From assembly GCF_018350175.1 (NCBI RefSeq), contig NC_058368.1, forward strand, positions 7,378,001-7,442,000: a DNA stretch of 64,000 bases, read 5' to 3'. Shown here in pieces: positions 1-12,353 of the stretch. The translations under genes were made by a program, and so were the position numbers. This stretch comes from Felis catus (lineage: Eukaryota). Position 1 is the first letter of the stretch; every line of letters starts with the position of its first letter. The notes beneath the pieces are model-generated. The model had not been told where the DNA came from and did no database searches. It saw only the letters and a list, made by a program, of their open reading frames with translations.

Positions 1-162
1 GCGTCGGGCTCTGGGCTGATGGCTCGGAGCCTGGAGCCTGCTTCCGATTCTGTGTCTCCCTCTCTCTCTGCCCTTCCCCCACTCATGCTCTGTCTCTCTC
101 TGTCCCCCAAAATAAATAAACATTAAAAAAAATTTTTTTAATAAAAAAAATAAAAAAGAAAA
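1..162 (+). mobile_element. CanSINE (SINEC_Fc type), cut by window start
   Basis: GGGCTCTGGGCTGATGGCTC..GGAGCCTG body, (CT)n, AATAAA, A tail. Confidence 0.95.
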
Positions 163-534
163 GAGTAGAAGAGCCATCCATCCATTTCTTTATAGGAAGG
201 CGGCCCGACGCAACTCACCTGTTGCTAACACTTATGGAATACCACAATTCTGATGATATTTCCCCCCAGTGAATTCTGTCAACACAATTGGGCCAGGACG
301 TGAGATGTGGTTGAGGAGGCGCGGAGCTCACGGAAATGAGATGCCCCCAGGAAGACGGAGCTGAACGAATACTTTGGGGCTCTGTGTCGAACCGAGAAGG
401 ACGCAAAAGGCCCAGTGAGTGCACACAGGGGGAGAAATCTCAACACTTCCAGAGCGGAGTTCTCGAGAGTCAGAGGAAACTATCTCGGTGCCCAGAAAGC
501 TCGCTCCTAATTGTTGGTCCTATGACAGTATAAT

Positions 535-680
535 AACACAGCACCGTTGTTGAAGCAGATCCTGTTACCCTCAACTTCTAGATGTGGAAGTGGAGCCTCA
601 GAGGTCAGGTAGCTTTCTACGGTCACGTAGCAAATAGCCGCAGAGAAGCAGACCTGTGGAATGACAAAGCCCACACTCTG
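535..680 (-). mobile_element. MIR fragment
   Basis: Degenerate antisense MIR core (AGATGTGGAAGTGGAGCCTCAGAGGTCAGG..GGTCAC). Confidence 0.5.
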
Positions 681-1399
681 AGGGACACTTGGGGTAAGCC
701 CCTTCCAATCACCCGTCTTGTGAATCTGTGAATGTGACTGAGAATGTGGCACAGAAGGACACATTAAATTAAGTATCGGTGAGCCCTCATTAGGGGTTAT
801 GGTTGTCGGATAAGAGATATTTTCCCGAGGCTAGCTTTTAAAATAGAATAAAAATGCATCTCTTGGGAAAGATGTCAATAGTAGAAGTCATGAAGGTAGG
901 CCAAGAAAGCGAACTGTTAATCCTATGCTCACCCTTGCAGAAATCGTACCCAGGCATCACGCTGTCCCCACAATATGTTTCCTACCACTGGACACAGGGT
1001 ACTAAGATGAGCCAGGAGGGGCGTGATCAGGGCCACCACCCTGTGCCCCGACTCTGCCTATTCAGCTCTGCTTACCTGAGGACTGTGGTCTTTTCATCCC
1101 CTCTTAGGACAAAACCGGTATTGATATTTAACATCTCTGGAACGTTCCTGCCTTTCTTTACATTTTTTTCCACAGGTCCTATTTTTTCCTGGAACGATTT
1201 TGAGTTTTTCAGAGACGGGGCAACTGGGACTTTGGGTCTTAATTTATGGCCCTCCGTGGGAGGCATACGACCTTGTGTTCAAAAGGCAGTTTCTTCTCTT
1301 CCCACAGCTGAATTAAAACACGGAGGGCATCTCTGGATCTGTTAGCATCCTTCTTTATTAATCATTAATTCAAAAAACTCAGGCCTAAGACTCTCTCCT

Positions 1400-1860
1400 C
1401 CTCAGTTCCAGAGGGGCCGGGCCACTGCCCTTGTCTGCCCAAAAGCAACACCACCCCAGGGGCCTGGAGGACAGATCATGGAACCAAGGAAGATAGTTCT
1501 TGAGCCTTAAAATCTAATGGGCTTTGCCCTGCTAAGTTCTGGACTTAGTTGGGACTCATGACCTATTTCTTCTTGCTGATTTTTCCCATTTAGAACAGAA
1601 ATGTCTCTCTTATGCCTGTCCCCCATTGTATTTTGGAAGCACGTAATTTATTGTCTGGTTCCACGGGTTCACGGAGAAAGAGGAATTTTACCCCAGGATG
1701 AATTGTGTCTGGATTCTCACCCACAGAATGAGATTCAGATGAGATTCATGGACTTAGAGCTGTTAATGCTAGAATGGGCTGACTTTTTGGGTTATCAGGA
1801 TGGGGTGGATGTATGTTGCATGTGAGAAAGACATGAGTTTTGAGGGGCTGGAGAGTGGAG
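1400..1860 (+). mobile_element. MaLR (MLT1) internal 3' segment
   Basis: MLT-int-like CCATTGTATTTTGGAAG..GGACTTAGAGC; purine tract directly abutting the LTR. Confidence 0.7.
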
Positions 1861-2242
1861 TGTTATGGGCTGCATTGGGCCCCCCCCCAAAAAAATTCAT
1901 AAGTTGACGTCTTAACCCCCAATACCTCAGGATGTGCATGTATTGGGGATATAAGATGTTTTAAAAGATGATTTTGTTAAAATGAGACCATTAGGGTGGG
2001 CCCTAACCCGACATTGTGGGTGTCCCTTTAAGAAGGGGAAATTTGGACACAGACACACAGAAAGCCATGCGAAGACACAGAGAGAAGACTGCCATCTACA
2101 AGTCAGGACAAGGCCTCAGAAGACAGCAACTCTGCCAAAACCTTGATCACAAGCTTCCAGAACTGTGAGGGAATAGATTTCTGTTGTTTAAGCACCCCCC
2201 GTCTGTGGTACTTTGTTATGGCTGCCGGAGCAAGCTAATACA
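1861..2242 (+). mobile_element. MaLR LTR, MLT1B-like
   Basis: TGTTATGGGCTG..TAGGGTGGGCCCTAA..CTTCCAGAACTGTGAG..TTTGTTATGG..CTAATACA; TG..CA ends. Confidence 0.9.
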
Positions 2243-2364
2243 CTATGTTTCCAACGTTGCAAGCCAACATTAATTTTGGTTTTGTTATTTTTATTGTCTT
2301 TGGCTGCCATAAAACACTGCAGACTCATACTAGGGACCTAACCCCCCCCCCCAGAACTTCCTAT

Positions 2365-3110
2365 ATGATGTGTCTGTGCTGTAGAATAAAGAATTCGGCC
2401 TTTGTCCTTGGTGTCTAGGAGACAGCCTCTAAATCTTAGAATTTCTTGAGTAGACAGAAGTGTCTTCTTGTTCATGGTGGGCCCCCCCCACCACCACACC
2501 TGAGCTGGTGCTAATGAGGCGACTCAGGATGGGACTGTTCGTGCCAGAAAGACCAATCACACGATTAGAAGGTTGGGAACTTGCATCACCAGGACTTCCC
2601 GTGGGAGGAGGCCAGAGACTGAATGCGATCTTGTGGCCAATGCCTCCATCAATCATGCCAATAAGGAGATCTCACTGAAAACTTCGAACATTATGAAATC
2701 TCTGCACACTGAGGCCTGGGTGAGTTTCATGGAAGGAGAAAACATCCATGTGCCAGGAAGAGTGATGGATGGTGATTCCACAGGGAGAAGCAGGGAAACT
2801 CTGTGTTCAGGACCCTCTAAAGACCTCACCCTAAGTGTCCCTTCCTTTGACTGGTCCTGATTTGTATCCCTCACGATGAAACTGTAATTGTAAGCATAGT
2901 ACTTTCCTAAGTTCTGAGCGTTATTCTAGCGAATTATCAAACCCGACGGGATGGTGGGAACCCCCAGACTGGTAGTCAGTTGGTCAGAAGTGTGGGTGGC
3001 CTGGGGACCTCCGAACTGGCAGCCGGTATCTGAAATGAAGTTGGTCTTGTTGACGAACCCTTGAGTCTGCACTAACTCTGGGTGGTCAGGGTCAGAATTA
3101 CACAGCAGGA
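2365..3110 (+). mobile_element. ERVL-type LTR, MER21C-like
   Basis: CACACCTGAG..GCTAATGAGG, CCAGAAAGACCAA..GATTAGAAGGTTGG, TCAATCATGCC motifs. Confidence 0.8.
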
Positions 3111-3318
3111 CTATAGCCTGAAAGGCAGGAGATCCCCAACCAGTATTTATGCAGTTAATTTTTACAAAAATATTGCTTATTTATTTTACTCTGATCATAA
3201 AATCATACATATCTTTGGTAGAAACAAATTTTAATATAGGAAAGTATTTCATGGAAAATAAAAATTAGCTACAATGCTAGAAGACTGAGAGAGCCACTGT
3301 TAAAATTCACTCTGTTTT

Positions 3319-3507
3319 GGGGGCGCCTGGGTGGCTCAGTTCGTTAAGCGTCCCACTTCAGCCCAGGTCATGATCTCGAGGTTTGTTGGTTCAACCCCGC
3401 GTCGGGCTCTGTGCCCTGGAACCTTCTTTGGATTCTGCATCTCCTTCTCTGCCCCTCCCCGCTTGTGCTCTGTCTCTCTCAAAAATAAATAAGCATTAAA
3501 ACAACAT
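3319..3507 (+). mobile_element. CanSINE
   Basis: GGGGCGCCTGGGTGGCTCAG head; TSD TAAAA(T/G)TCACTCTGTTT. Confidence 0.95.
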
Positions 3508-3660
3508 TAAAAGTCACTCTGTTTGAGCCCTGTCACCTATCTATCTACCTAACAAATTGGAATCGTACCATAACTTGGACTTGTAAAGGGCGACGTTTCA
3601 CTCGGCATTTTATTATAATGTTTTCCCACCTTGTTAGAAATTCAAGAGAAACATCTTTCA

Positions 3661-3840
3661 GGGGCGCCTGGGTGGCTCAGTCAGTTAAGCATCCAACTCT
3701 TGATTTCAGCTCAGGTCATGGTTCGTGGGATTGAGCCCTGCATCTGTCAGCGCAGAGCCTGCTTGAGGTTCTCTCTCACCCCCGCTCTCTGCCCCTCCCC
3801 CGCTCGTGCTTTCTCTCTCAAAATAAATAAATAAACATTA
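3661..3840 (+). mobile_element. CanSINE (older)
   Basis: tRNA-like head, (CT)n, AATAAA; TSD AGAAACA(T/G)CTTTCA. Confidence 0.95.
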
Positions 3841-3856
3841 AAAAAAGAAACAGCTT

Positions 3857-4060
3857 GGGGCGCCTGAGTGGCGCAGTCGGTTAAGCGTCCGACTTCAGCC
3901 AGGTCACGATCTCACGGTCTGTGAGTTCGAGCCCCGCGTCAGGCTCTGGGCTGATGGCTCAGAGCCTGGAGCCTGTTTCCGATTCCGTGTCTCCCTCTCT
4001 CTCTGCCCCTCCCCCGTTCATGCTCTCTCTCTGTCCCAAAAATAAATAAACGTTGAAAAA
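3857..4060 (+). mobile_element. Young SINEC_Fc inserted in the tail/TSD of the previous SINE
   Basis: GGCGCAGTCGGTTAAGCG..CAGCCAGGTCACG variant; TSD AAAAAAGAAACAGCTT at 3841 and 4061. Confidence 0.95.
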
Positions 4061-4135
4061 AAAAAAGAAACAGCTTTCACATAATTTTCCACCCCATGTA
4101 TGTACCATTATATCTATAATAACTCCCCTTTGGAA

Positions 4136-4525
4136 CATTCAAATGTATTCATTGAGCACCGACTGTGTATTAGGTATCGGCAATATAGCAGTAAACACGA
4201 CAGGTCAAGTCTTTGTCCTCAAAGAGTTACCATTCCAATGGAAGAAATTTATTTTTTAAATTAATTTATTTAAAAGGCTGGAGCCAGATGGCGTAGGCCC
4301 AGTGGGCAAAGGATGCTAGTTAGTATCATCAGTACTATTTTTAATATTGATATTATTCCTAATGAACGGAGAGATAGCGGAAGGTTTTGAGCAATGGAGG
4401 GATGAGGTCTCATTTATATTTTATACGCATGACTTTGGTTACTTTGCGGAGAATAAACAGACGGTAGGGAGGCAAATGTGGAAGAGAGGGGCCACTTTAA
4501 AGAAGCGGTTGCCATCATCCCAGCA
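4136..4525 (-). mobile_element. L2 3' fragments
   Basis: CATTC..ATTGAGCACC..CAGTAAAC and GGAAGGTTTTGAGCA antisense L2 motifs. Confidence 0.65.
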
Positions 4526-4609
4526 TACATTTAAGTTATTTTGGATGTTTGGTCAGGTCATGAATGTATAACCCGTATTTCCGAGCCCCAAATGAGATAG
4601 GATTAAAGG

Positions 4610-5120
4610 TAGTCATTTACCAAACTCCACCGATAGCCTACCTAAATCCATTTTTCCCTTTCCTTAATAGATCTCTGTTTTTATTCAACGATCCTGCCCT
4701 TCCCTACATTAAGTGGAAGTAAATCCCACCCTCAGCAAGCCAATGGGTAGGGCAGTACTTTGAGATCTGGTTCTGGCCAACAGAATACGGGGAAAACATC
4801 AGCTGGGGCTTCTGGAAAACCTTTTCTTACTCCTAGAAAAAAGAGCGTCGTCTTTTTTTCGCCTGAGACATAACGACATTCAGAAAAGGAAGGCACATCC
4901 CTTTCTCAGCAGTCCCACACCAGATGAGATAGCACAGAAGGGAGGTAGAACCAGGAGAATGGTGGAGAAACCAAGCTGAAGCCCTTTAGCCCCACACTGA
5001 AGACATCTGAAATAACAGAAGTCCTCCAAATGTATCTCCTCTCCCCAACCTAAATGGGACCAGGCAAATATTTTTCTCGTTTGTACCATTCACGAGGGTC
5101 TTCATTTGCATGGAATCCTT
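4610..5120 (+). mobile_element. Old MaLR/ERVL LTR (MLT1-like)
   Basis: GTTCTGGCCAA..GCTGGGGCTTCTGGAAA motif; highly diverged. Confidence 0.45.
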
Positions 5121-5840
5121 TACTTGTATCTGTCTCTGCCCAGCACAAGGTACTGAAGTCTGTAGCTGTCCTTCACATGGCAATCCATTCCTCCCAACTG
5201 CCGATTAGTGTACAGGTAGAACCACAGAATAGCTTTACTAAGAATAGGATAATAGTGACTCCTAGCATGTTCTTTGCTTGTTGGCCAAAGGCAGTGAGAC
5301 TGCTTTCCAAATATCCTCTGTCCTATTCCTTTTATTGACTTGTCATACAGTAGTTACAAGTCCACATTTTTTATAAAGGTTAGGTATTTAGCTCCATAGT
5401 ATTAGTTAGCTTATCAACAGCCCTTTCGGATGTTCATATAATCTCAAATCATTCTAAGAAGAGGCAGATATTATTAACCTGGACAGGCAAAGGAACAGCC
5501 ACTTGCTTATTTTCCTAGAGAGTATCCATGAGATACCATATGCAAGTTCTAGCTCTGTGATCCGTCCCTCACTTTATTTATGTAGGTTTACTGGGTAAGT
5601 CACTGGGAGCTTTCAGATGATTAGGAACAAATGAACCAGTTTCCAAGGGGAGAAAGGGAGAGGAAAAAGCTGGAGTCAGGGTCTGGGTCGGAGGGAGTCC
5701 TTAATGCCAGAGACAGCTAGGATAGGCTTTCTGTTATTTGAGGCCAGAAGAACCCTAAAACTAACAGTATAACCTCATCCTGGAGGCTCCATAGCCCCTG
5801 TCAGCTGGTCCTCGGCCGTGAACCTCTCGTTAGCCTGGGA

Positions 5841-5945
5841 GGGACGCTGGGCTGGCTCAGTTGGTGGAACATGCAACTCTTACTCTCAGAGTTGTACATT
5901 TTGAGCCCTACATTGGATATGGAGATTACTTTTAAAAAAATCTTA
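5841..5945 (+). mobile_element. Short old CanSINE without (CT)n
   Basis: CTGGCTCAGTTGGTGGAACATGCAACTCTT..GAGATTACTT..AAAATCTT. Confidence 0.85.
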
Positions 5946-6559
5946 AAGTCTTCTGGGAGACTCCGGGGTGATTTACATGTGCTTGGGGCCACTTTTTTCC
6001 GTTTTTGTCTTCCCGAAGGGTGTCTGTTTACTCACAAGTCCTTTAAGAGAGGGTCTTCAACACAACCATCACTGATGGTGTCCCCTGTGACAAGCTGACC
6101 CCTGCCAGCGGCGCTGTGGTCTCAGTGTGTCCATTGCGTGAGGTGACAGTGGTCCCCTCCAGCCTCTCTGTGAATGACTCCAGGGGACACATCTCATACA
6201 GAAAGGGAGAGTATATCTTCCTCCATCTTCCCTGTCATCAGCCTCTGGCCCAGACGTCAAAGCACTCAATCTCCCAAGAGTTACTATCCCTCCCCACCAC
6301 AACAACTTGTATAAAATATATGGAAGAAAAGATCAGGACACCAGCCACGGCTAGATGCTCAGCAGAATGCCAGGCTCTAAACCACAACTTAGGATTATTT
6401 GGAACAGCCCCCTACATAGGCTTAAATTTTGTTTGCATCTCTGATTACCTGTTTTGCTGGAGATTGAATCCTGGAAATGAAATTGATACTACTTTTGGTA
6501 AATATTGACAAGTTTCGCCATATCTCCCAGTATTTAGATAGACAAATATTTCAATCTTG

Positions 6560-6797
6560 TTTCAGTCTGGATCCTCTGAGATGCCACTACCAAGACTGGC
6601 AAGAATGTACAAGAATATCGTTAACGGAAGTGAGAGAAATTGAGGAGTTAGGGAAGGCTGGGAGGGCTATCAGACCATGAGGCAAATCTGATCTTGAGTG
6701 AAGAGGGGAGGGAAGGTTAGGACGGAAGCATCCTGGACTGCCCTGGAGCCTAAGGAAGGGTTGAAAAAGCTGTCATAGAGTCCTATAGTCAAAGTCA
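6560..6797. mobile_element. ERVL-type LTR fragment (LTR16/33/67-like)
   Basis: GGGAAGGCTGGGAGGGCTATCAGACC..GGAAGCATCCTGGACTGC. Confidence 0.45.
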
Positions 6798-6803
6798 ACC
6801 GTC

Positions 6804-8137
6804 ACTCTTAAAAGAAAACATAGGGGTAAATCTTCATGGCCTTGGATTTAAGAATGGATCCTTAGATATGACACAAAAGCCCATGCAAAAAAAGAAAAAA
6901 TAAATAAACTGAACTTCATCAAAATTTAAAGGTTTTGTACATTAGGGTGCGTGGGTGACTCAGCCAGTTAAACATCCAACTTTGGCTCAGTTCACGATCT
7001 CACAGTTCGTGGGTTCAAGCCCTGAGTTTGGCTCTGTGTTGACAGCTCGAAGCCTGGAGCCTGCTTCAGATTCTGTGTCTATTCCCCCTCTCTCTCTGCC
7101 CCCCCTCCCTTGCACTCTGTCTCTCTCTCTCTCTCAAAAGTAAATAAACATTCAATAATAATAAATAAACAAAAGGTTTTGTACATGAAAAGACACTATC
7201 AAGAAAATGAAAAGACAATCTACATAATGGGAGAAATATTTACAAGTTAGTTATCTGAGAAGGGACTTGTTTCCAGAACATAAAAAGAACTCTTACAATT
7301 CAACAATAAAAAGACAACTTCAATTTGTCATTGAAATATAGGCAAAGGATCTGAATATACTTCTTCAGAAAAGATACACGAATCGCCAACCAGCACATGA
7401 AAAGATGCTCAACATTGTTAGTAACTAGGGAAATACACATCAAAACCACAGCAAGGTATCACTTCACACCCACTAGGATCGCTACAATTAATAAACAACG
7501 ATAATGGAAAATAACAAGGGTTGATGAGGATATGGAGAAATGAGAACCCCTGTACATTGCTGGTGGGAATGTAAAATGGTTCAGCTGCTATGGAAAACAG
7601 TTTGCTGGTTTCTTAAGAAGTTACATATACAATTACCATACGACCTAGCAATTCCGTTCTTAGATATATACCTCAAAGAATTGAAAACATATACTCAAAC
7701 AAATACAGGTACACACAAATTCAAAGTAGCACTTTTCACACTAGCCCAAAAACGGAAACAGCCTAAATGTCCGACAGATAATGGATAAATAAATTGTGGC
7801 ATATACATACAATGGAATGTGTTTCAGCCATGAAAATTCATGAAGTACAACAGGGTTGAACCTTGAAAACCTGCCTAATGAAAGAAGTCAGACACAGAAG
7901 GCTACCTATTGTATGATTCCATTCATATGAAATAGCCAGAAAACGAATCCATAGAGATATCAAGTAGATTGATCGGTGGTTTCCAGGGGCTAAGGGACGG
8001 AGGAACTGTTTAAGGGACCCAGGGTTTCCTTTTAGGGTGATGAAAACATTTTGGAATTACAAGTGATGGTTGCACAACACTGTAAATGTACCAAATTGTC
8101 ACTGAATTGTTCACTTTCAAGTGATTAATTTTGTTAA
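6804..8137 (+). mobile_element. L1 (L1MB-like) ORF2 3' end and 3'UTR, interrupted by a SINE
   Basis: GAAAACATAGGGGTAAATCTT, ACATGAAAAGATGCTCAAC; ORF 7540-7788 HCWWECKMVQLLWKTV..LPYDLAIP matches L1 ORF2 C-terminus. Confidence 0.92.
6944..7171 (+). mobile_element. CanSINE inside L1
   Basis: TSD AAAGGTTTTGTACAT at 6928 and 7172. Confidence 0.95.
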
Positions 8138-8142
8138 TCAAT

Positions 8143-8229
8143 CCAAAGCCCCCCCTCCCCCAACCATCACATTGGGAGAATAAGTTTCAAGTCATGAATT
8201 GGGAGGGGACACAAATACTGTCTATAGCA
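8143..8229 (-). mobile_element. MLT1A/MST LTR terminal fragment
   Basis: ACCATCACATTGGG..ATGAATT..GGGGACACAAA..TATAGCA. Confidence 0.7.
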
Positions 8230-8334
8230 TCTCATCATCTGCTCATGTTGTCCTTTATATCTCTGAGTAAAGAGTTGTGGAGTTAATTATTTTCCATATT
8301 AATCCTACACATTTCTTGTTAAGATTATACTTAG

Positions 8335-8343
8335 AGTGTGCGT

Positions 8344-8381
<38 letters not shown>
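8335..8381. repeat. (TG)n microsatellite
   Basis: Seen directly. Confidence 0.95.
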
Positions 8382-8496
8382 ACGTTGGGGAGAAGTTTGT
8401 TTTCAACACAAATGGATTTTATCCCCATTATATGCTCTAATTTATTATTTTTGGTATAAAAATACCATCTGTTAAAACCATTCTAATCCTCTTATT

Positions 8497-8751
8497 ACTT
8501 TTTATTGAAATACGATGGACACATAACACTGTGTAACTTTAAGGCATCCAACCTGTTGATTTAACACATTTATGTATTGCGATATGATTCCCACTGTAGC
8601 ATTAGCTGGCACGTCTCTACTGCCACGTAATGATCATTTCTTTTTTGTGGTAGGAATGTTTAAGATCTAGTCTGTCAGCAACTTGGAAATACATTGACAG
8701 TAATGTCAACTATAATCACCATGCTGTGCCTTGGATATCAGGAACTCACTC
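8497..8751 (-). mobile_element. L1MA9/10-like 3' end
   Basis: TTTTATTGAAATA..ACATAACACTGTGTAA..TTAAGATCTAGTCT..CAGCAACTT..TATAATCACCATGCTGT. Confidence 0.8.
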
Positions 8752-8752
8752 A

Positions 8753-8903
8753 TTTTTTTTTTTAATTCTAGTATAATTAACCTATGATGTTAAATTAGCC
8801 TCGAGGGTATAATACAGCGATCCAACAATTCTTCATATTACTTAGTGCTCCTCTGGGTGTGTTTTAATCCCCTTCACCTATTTCATCCGTCCCCCTCCCA
8901 CTT
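8753..8903 (-). mobile_element. Carnivore L1 3' terminus
   Basis: poly(T)-AATTCTAGTATAATTAAC..AATCCCCTTCACCTATTTCA. Confidence 0.8.
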
Positions 8904-9058
8904 CGGTTTTTATATACAACATATCACGCCACCTAGGTGCATGATTTTATTCATTTTGATAGTTTTCCATCCAGTTCATGCATTTTCTAAGTGGAAATTA
9001 CATCACCTACGTATATGAGAATTTTCCTTCTTCCTTCCAATAGTTGTACTTCGGTTTC

Positions 9059-9174
9059 CAGGGTTGCCATGAACAGACACGTAGGCACAATGACACAACT
9101 CCAAGAGCACCATGCATGTAGACTTGTATGAATAATGCTCCTTGGAACTGCACAGTGTAGTGTGTTGGCAGGTG
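9059..9174. mobile_element. MER91-like palindromic hAT MITE
   Basis: CAGGGTTGCC start; CACAACTCCAAGAGCA..TAGAC..TGCTCCTTGGA internal symmetry; splits the L1 RT frame. Confidence 0.6.
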
Positions 9175-9564
9175 CCAATTTCCCAGTGTTGGCCAGAAAT
9201 TTCGGAACAGTGTTAAATAACAATACACTTTTGCTTGTTGTTTCTGATTTTGATGGGAATGTCTCTAGTGTTTCACCAGTAGGGATACTGCTGATGGGAG
9301 TTTGAGAGAGCATGGAATCATTGTTTAACATTAATCTAGGACTTCTCCATATGTCATGGCCTATAAGATCTTCCACAACTCAACTCAGCCATTCACATCA
9401 TTAGCTCTCTCTTCAGCTTTGGGCCATGTCCATAGTCAAGGTCTACCACCAGTGTCTCCATCCCAGGCCGTGATTAAGTGTAGAACAGGTCACGATCAGG
9501 GACAGAGCCTTATGGTTTCTCACTGGAAACTTCCTTCTATGTGGAGTTTGTTTTTGCCTACCCG

Positions 9565-9933
9565 ACATTCCTTCTATCCTCTAGTATTGCCTAACAGTAT
9601 CTCTTTTGTGGAGAACTACCCTCCCTCATTCCCTATGGAATGTGAATCACAAATTGCCCCTGTGCCCCTTCTAGTTTAAGCTTGGCAACTGAGACTTTCT
9701 TTCTGGGGAATGTGGATCGTGAGCAGGGATACAGAATGGAAAATGGTTAAAGCAGAGCCATCTCCTGGAGACAGTGCTGAAGATAATTGTCCTTTAGTTT
9801 CCGCTCCAAAGTCCCTGGCATCCGATTTTCCAATCCTTTCTTTAATTCGCTAGCCATCCAGTAAATTCTTCTTTTGCTAGGTTAGCCATAGTAAATTTCT
9901 CTAGCTTAGAGGCAAAGAATCCGAACGAATACA
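9565..9933 (+). mobile_element. Old MLT1 (K/L-like) LTR
   Basis: AGTAAATTCTTCTTTTGCTAGGTTAG..AAAGAATCC..AATACA terminus. Confidence 0.5.
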
Positions 9934-10944
9934 ATGTACATCCACAAGTAATGATGAATGAATGGATCCATTAATTAATGCTCTTTGGGCACAGTGGTTA
10001 TGCAGCTGCGAATCTGCCTAGCAGTGCAATTGTTATCCAGTTATCTTGCCTTTAAGAACATCGTGAGCATCTCTGCTGAAACCTGCATACTTCTGGTTAA
10101 GAAACAAAAAGAGGTCTGATCACCACATCCACGAGACACTGAAGAGTCGCTGAAAAGCCCAAATATTTATTTACATCCCTCTTGTTTTCAACATGGTCAC
10201 ATGCAGGGTGATTCTTGGGTTCCTTCTAAAGCATAAGCACATTTGGGGAAGATTGACTACTTTTTTAATAAGAAGTGATTATTTCAGGCCCCGAATCCCT
10301 ATTGTCTCCTGTCTTTCTCCTAGTCTGTCGCTAGTCCGTAAAAAAGCAGAAAGTCCTGCATATAATACGACAGAAGGCTCTACAATCCGGTATGGACTCA
10401 GTATTCTTGGTCCTGAGACTCTACCGGAGTGTTAGAGCCCTCATGTTTTATGCTGAGAACTTCAGAGACTTCTGGCTATGAGGCAGAATAAAACAAGTTG
10501 AGGGATAAAGGGCAGAAGCCAGCAATGATCTGAAGAGGAAGGAAGTACAGTTAATAAATATCATGATGCTCAATAAATATTTACGGAAGGAAGAGACAAA
10601 AAGAAAGAGGGAGGAAGGAAAGAAAGATGGATATATGGCAGATAGGCAGACAAACAGAAGTGAATGAAGAAAACTGATATATATTGAGATTCGAGGTCTG
10701 ACTCTGAAACTAGTGCTTGGTGCTACATAATTCTGCTCCTTTTTTTTTTCCTGTCTTCAAAACAATACACCCATACGATCATACAACCTGATTTTCATAC
10801 ATGAGAAAATGAAGGCCTGGACCAAAGAGTTAAGACATACGTTGAGGATGGGCGTCAATGGGTACTGCTATGCCTAGGCCTTCAGCTTCCGTATGAATCA
10901 GAGGAGTAATAAATAGCCCCCATTACAGACCCCTAGGAGAGGCC

Positions 10945-11271
10945 TGTCTTAGTCCATTCAGGCTGCTATAACAAAAACACTATAGACCAGGTGGTCTAGG
11001 TCTGAGATCAGTGTACCAGCAAGGTAGGAATCGGGTAAAAGCTCTCTTCCTGGTTGCAGACCACCGGTGTCTCATTATATTCACACATGGCAGAGAGCAG
11101 AGAGAGGAAGCAAATTCTCTAGTGACTTTCATTCATGGAGGGTCCACCCTTATGACCCCATCTAAGCCTAATTACCCCCCAAAGGCCCCACCTCCTGAAA
11201 CTTTCCTACCGGGGGCTCTAGCTTCAACATGTGAATTTGGGGAGGAGGACATCAACATTCAGTCCACACTA
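10945..11271 (-). mobile_element. MLT1A-like solo LTR
   Basis: TGTCTTAGTCCATTCAGGCTGCTATAACAAAA..CCCAAAGGCCCCACCTCC..AACATTCAGTCC; 5-bp TSD AGGCC at 10940 and 11272. Confidence 0.9.
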
Positions 11272-12161
11272 AGGCCCCAGTTTAACGGATTATTTTCATT
11301 TGTTAAATAGTATAGGAAACATTCATAATGATGAGCAACAGGGGGAAAAGTCTTGTTTTAGGGGGACTGACAGATATTAACACAGATTGGAATGCTAAAA
11401 AACACTTGCGCAATTAAAAGCATATCTCTTATTCTGTTTTCTAGATAAGATTATTCCCTCGCGAGATCCTTCATGATTTATGTTCATTGTAGAGCACAGT
11501 GATGGAGGCCCATCAACATTCCCAGTGTCTCAGGGAGACTAGACACCAATTCCATCCTGTAGGTCTAGGACTTTAACCACACCTGCTGCTCACCTTGGCA
11601 AAGACATACAAGTGCCCTCTGGTCCCTAAATACCTTCTCCATGACACTGAAATGCACCCACCTCCGGGGATAACTGGGGTATCCTTCCTAGCTGATAAAA
11701 CAAGCGGACAAACCTTGGTTTTTTTCCTTTATCCCTATCAAATATTGTCACCAGGTAATACTCTGTGGATTTAATGCCCTGAAATACGAAATCCTTGTAG
11801 TAAGTAATCCAGGACAAACGGCTCCAATCACACTGTGTCCTATTCAGTCTTCATCCAACTAAGTGTGGGAATCTCTGCACATTTGGATCTTGCTGGATTT
11901 TTTCTCTACTATAACTGGAGAAACGTAAGAGCAAAGAGACTGGAGGAGGATGCCATCGCAACACCCCACTTGTGTCAAGAAAACACTGCTGCCGTGTCAA
12001 GAGTCTCCTTACAGCCAACACTCAGGAGGCGGGGGCACAGGCAGCTCTCATCTGGACATGGGACCCTTGTATGGGAAAAGCCTGGATGCTCAGAGTAGCA
12101 TGAAAAGAATACAGTTCCTCTTCTTTTTTAATTCTTTATACTTTTTAATATATATTAAGGT

Positions 12162-12169
12162 GAAAGAAA

Positions 12170-12222
<53 letters not shown>

Positions 12223-12353
12223 AAAGGAGGGATGGAGGGAGGGAGAGAGGAAGGAAGAAAAGAAAGGAAGGAAGGAAGAAAGGAGGGAGGGAAGGAAAGA
12301 AGGAAGGAAGGAAGGAAGGAAGGAAGGAAGGAAGGAAGGAAGGAAGGAAGGAA
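12162..12353. repeat. Compound (GAAA)n/(GGAA)n microsatellite
   Basis: Seen directly, ~190 bp almost purely purine. Confidence 0.97.

Larger units (their letters stand above)
8235..9345 (-). mobile_element. Ancient L1 ORF2 (RT domain) relic with later insertions
   Basis: Minus ORF GETLETFPSKSET..LLFNTVPKFLA and YVGDVI resemble GEKLEAFPL..LLFNIVLEVLA and FADDMI. Confidence 0.75.

Noticed and set aside
3319..3400. tRNA-like A/B boxes (TGGCTCAG..GTTCGAG) here and at other SINE heads
   Set aside because: They are tRNA-derived SINE heads followed by SINE body and tail, not tRNA genes.
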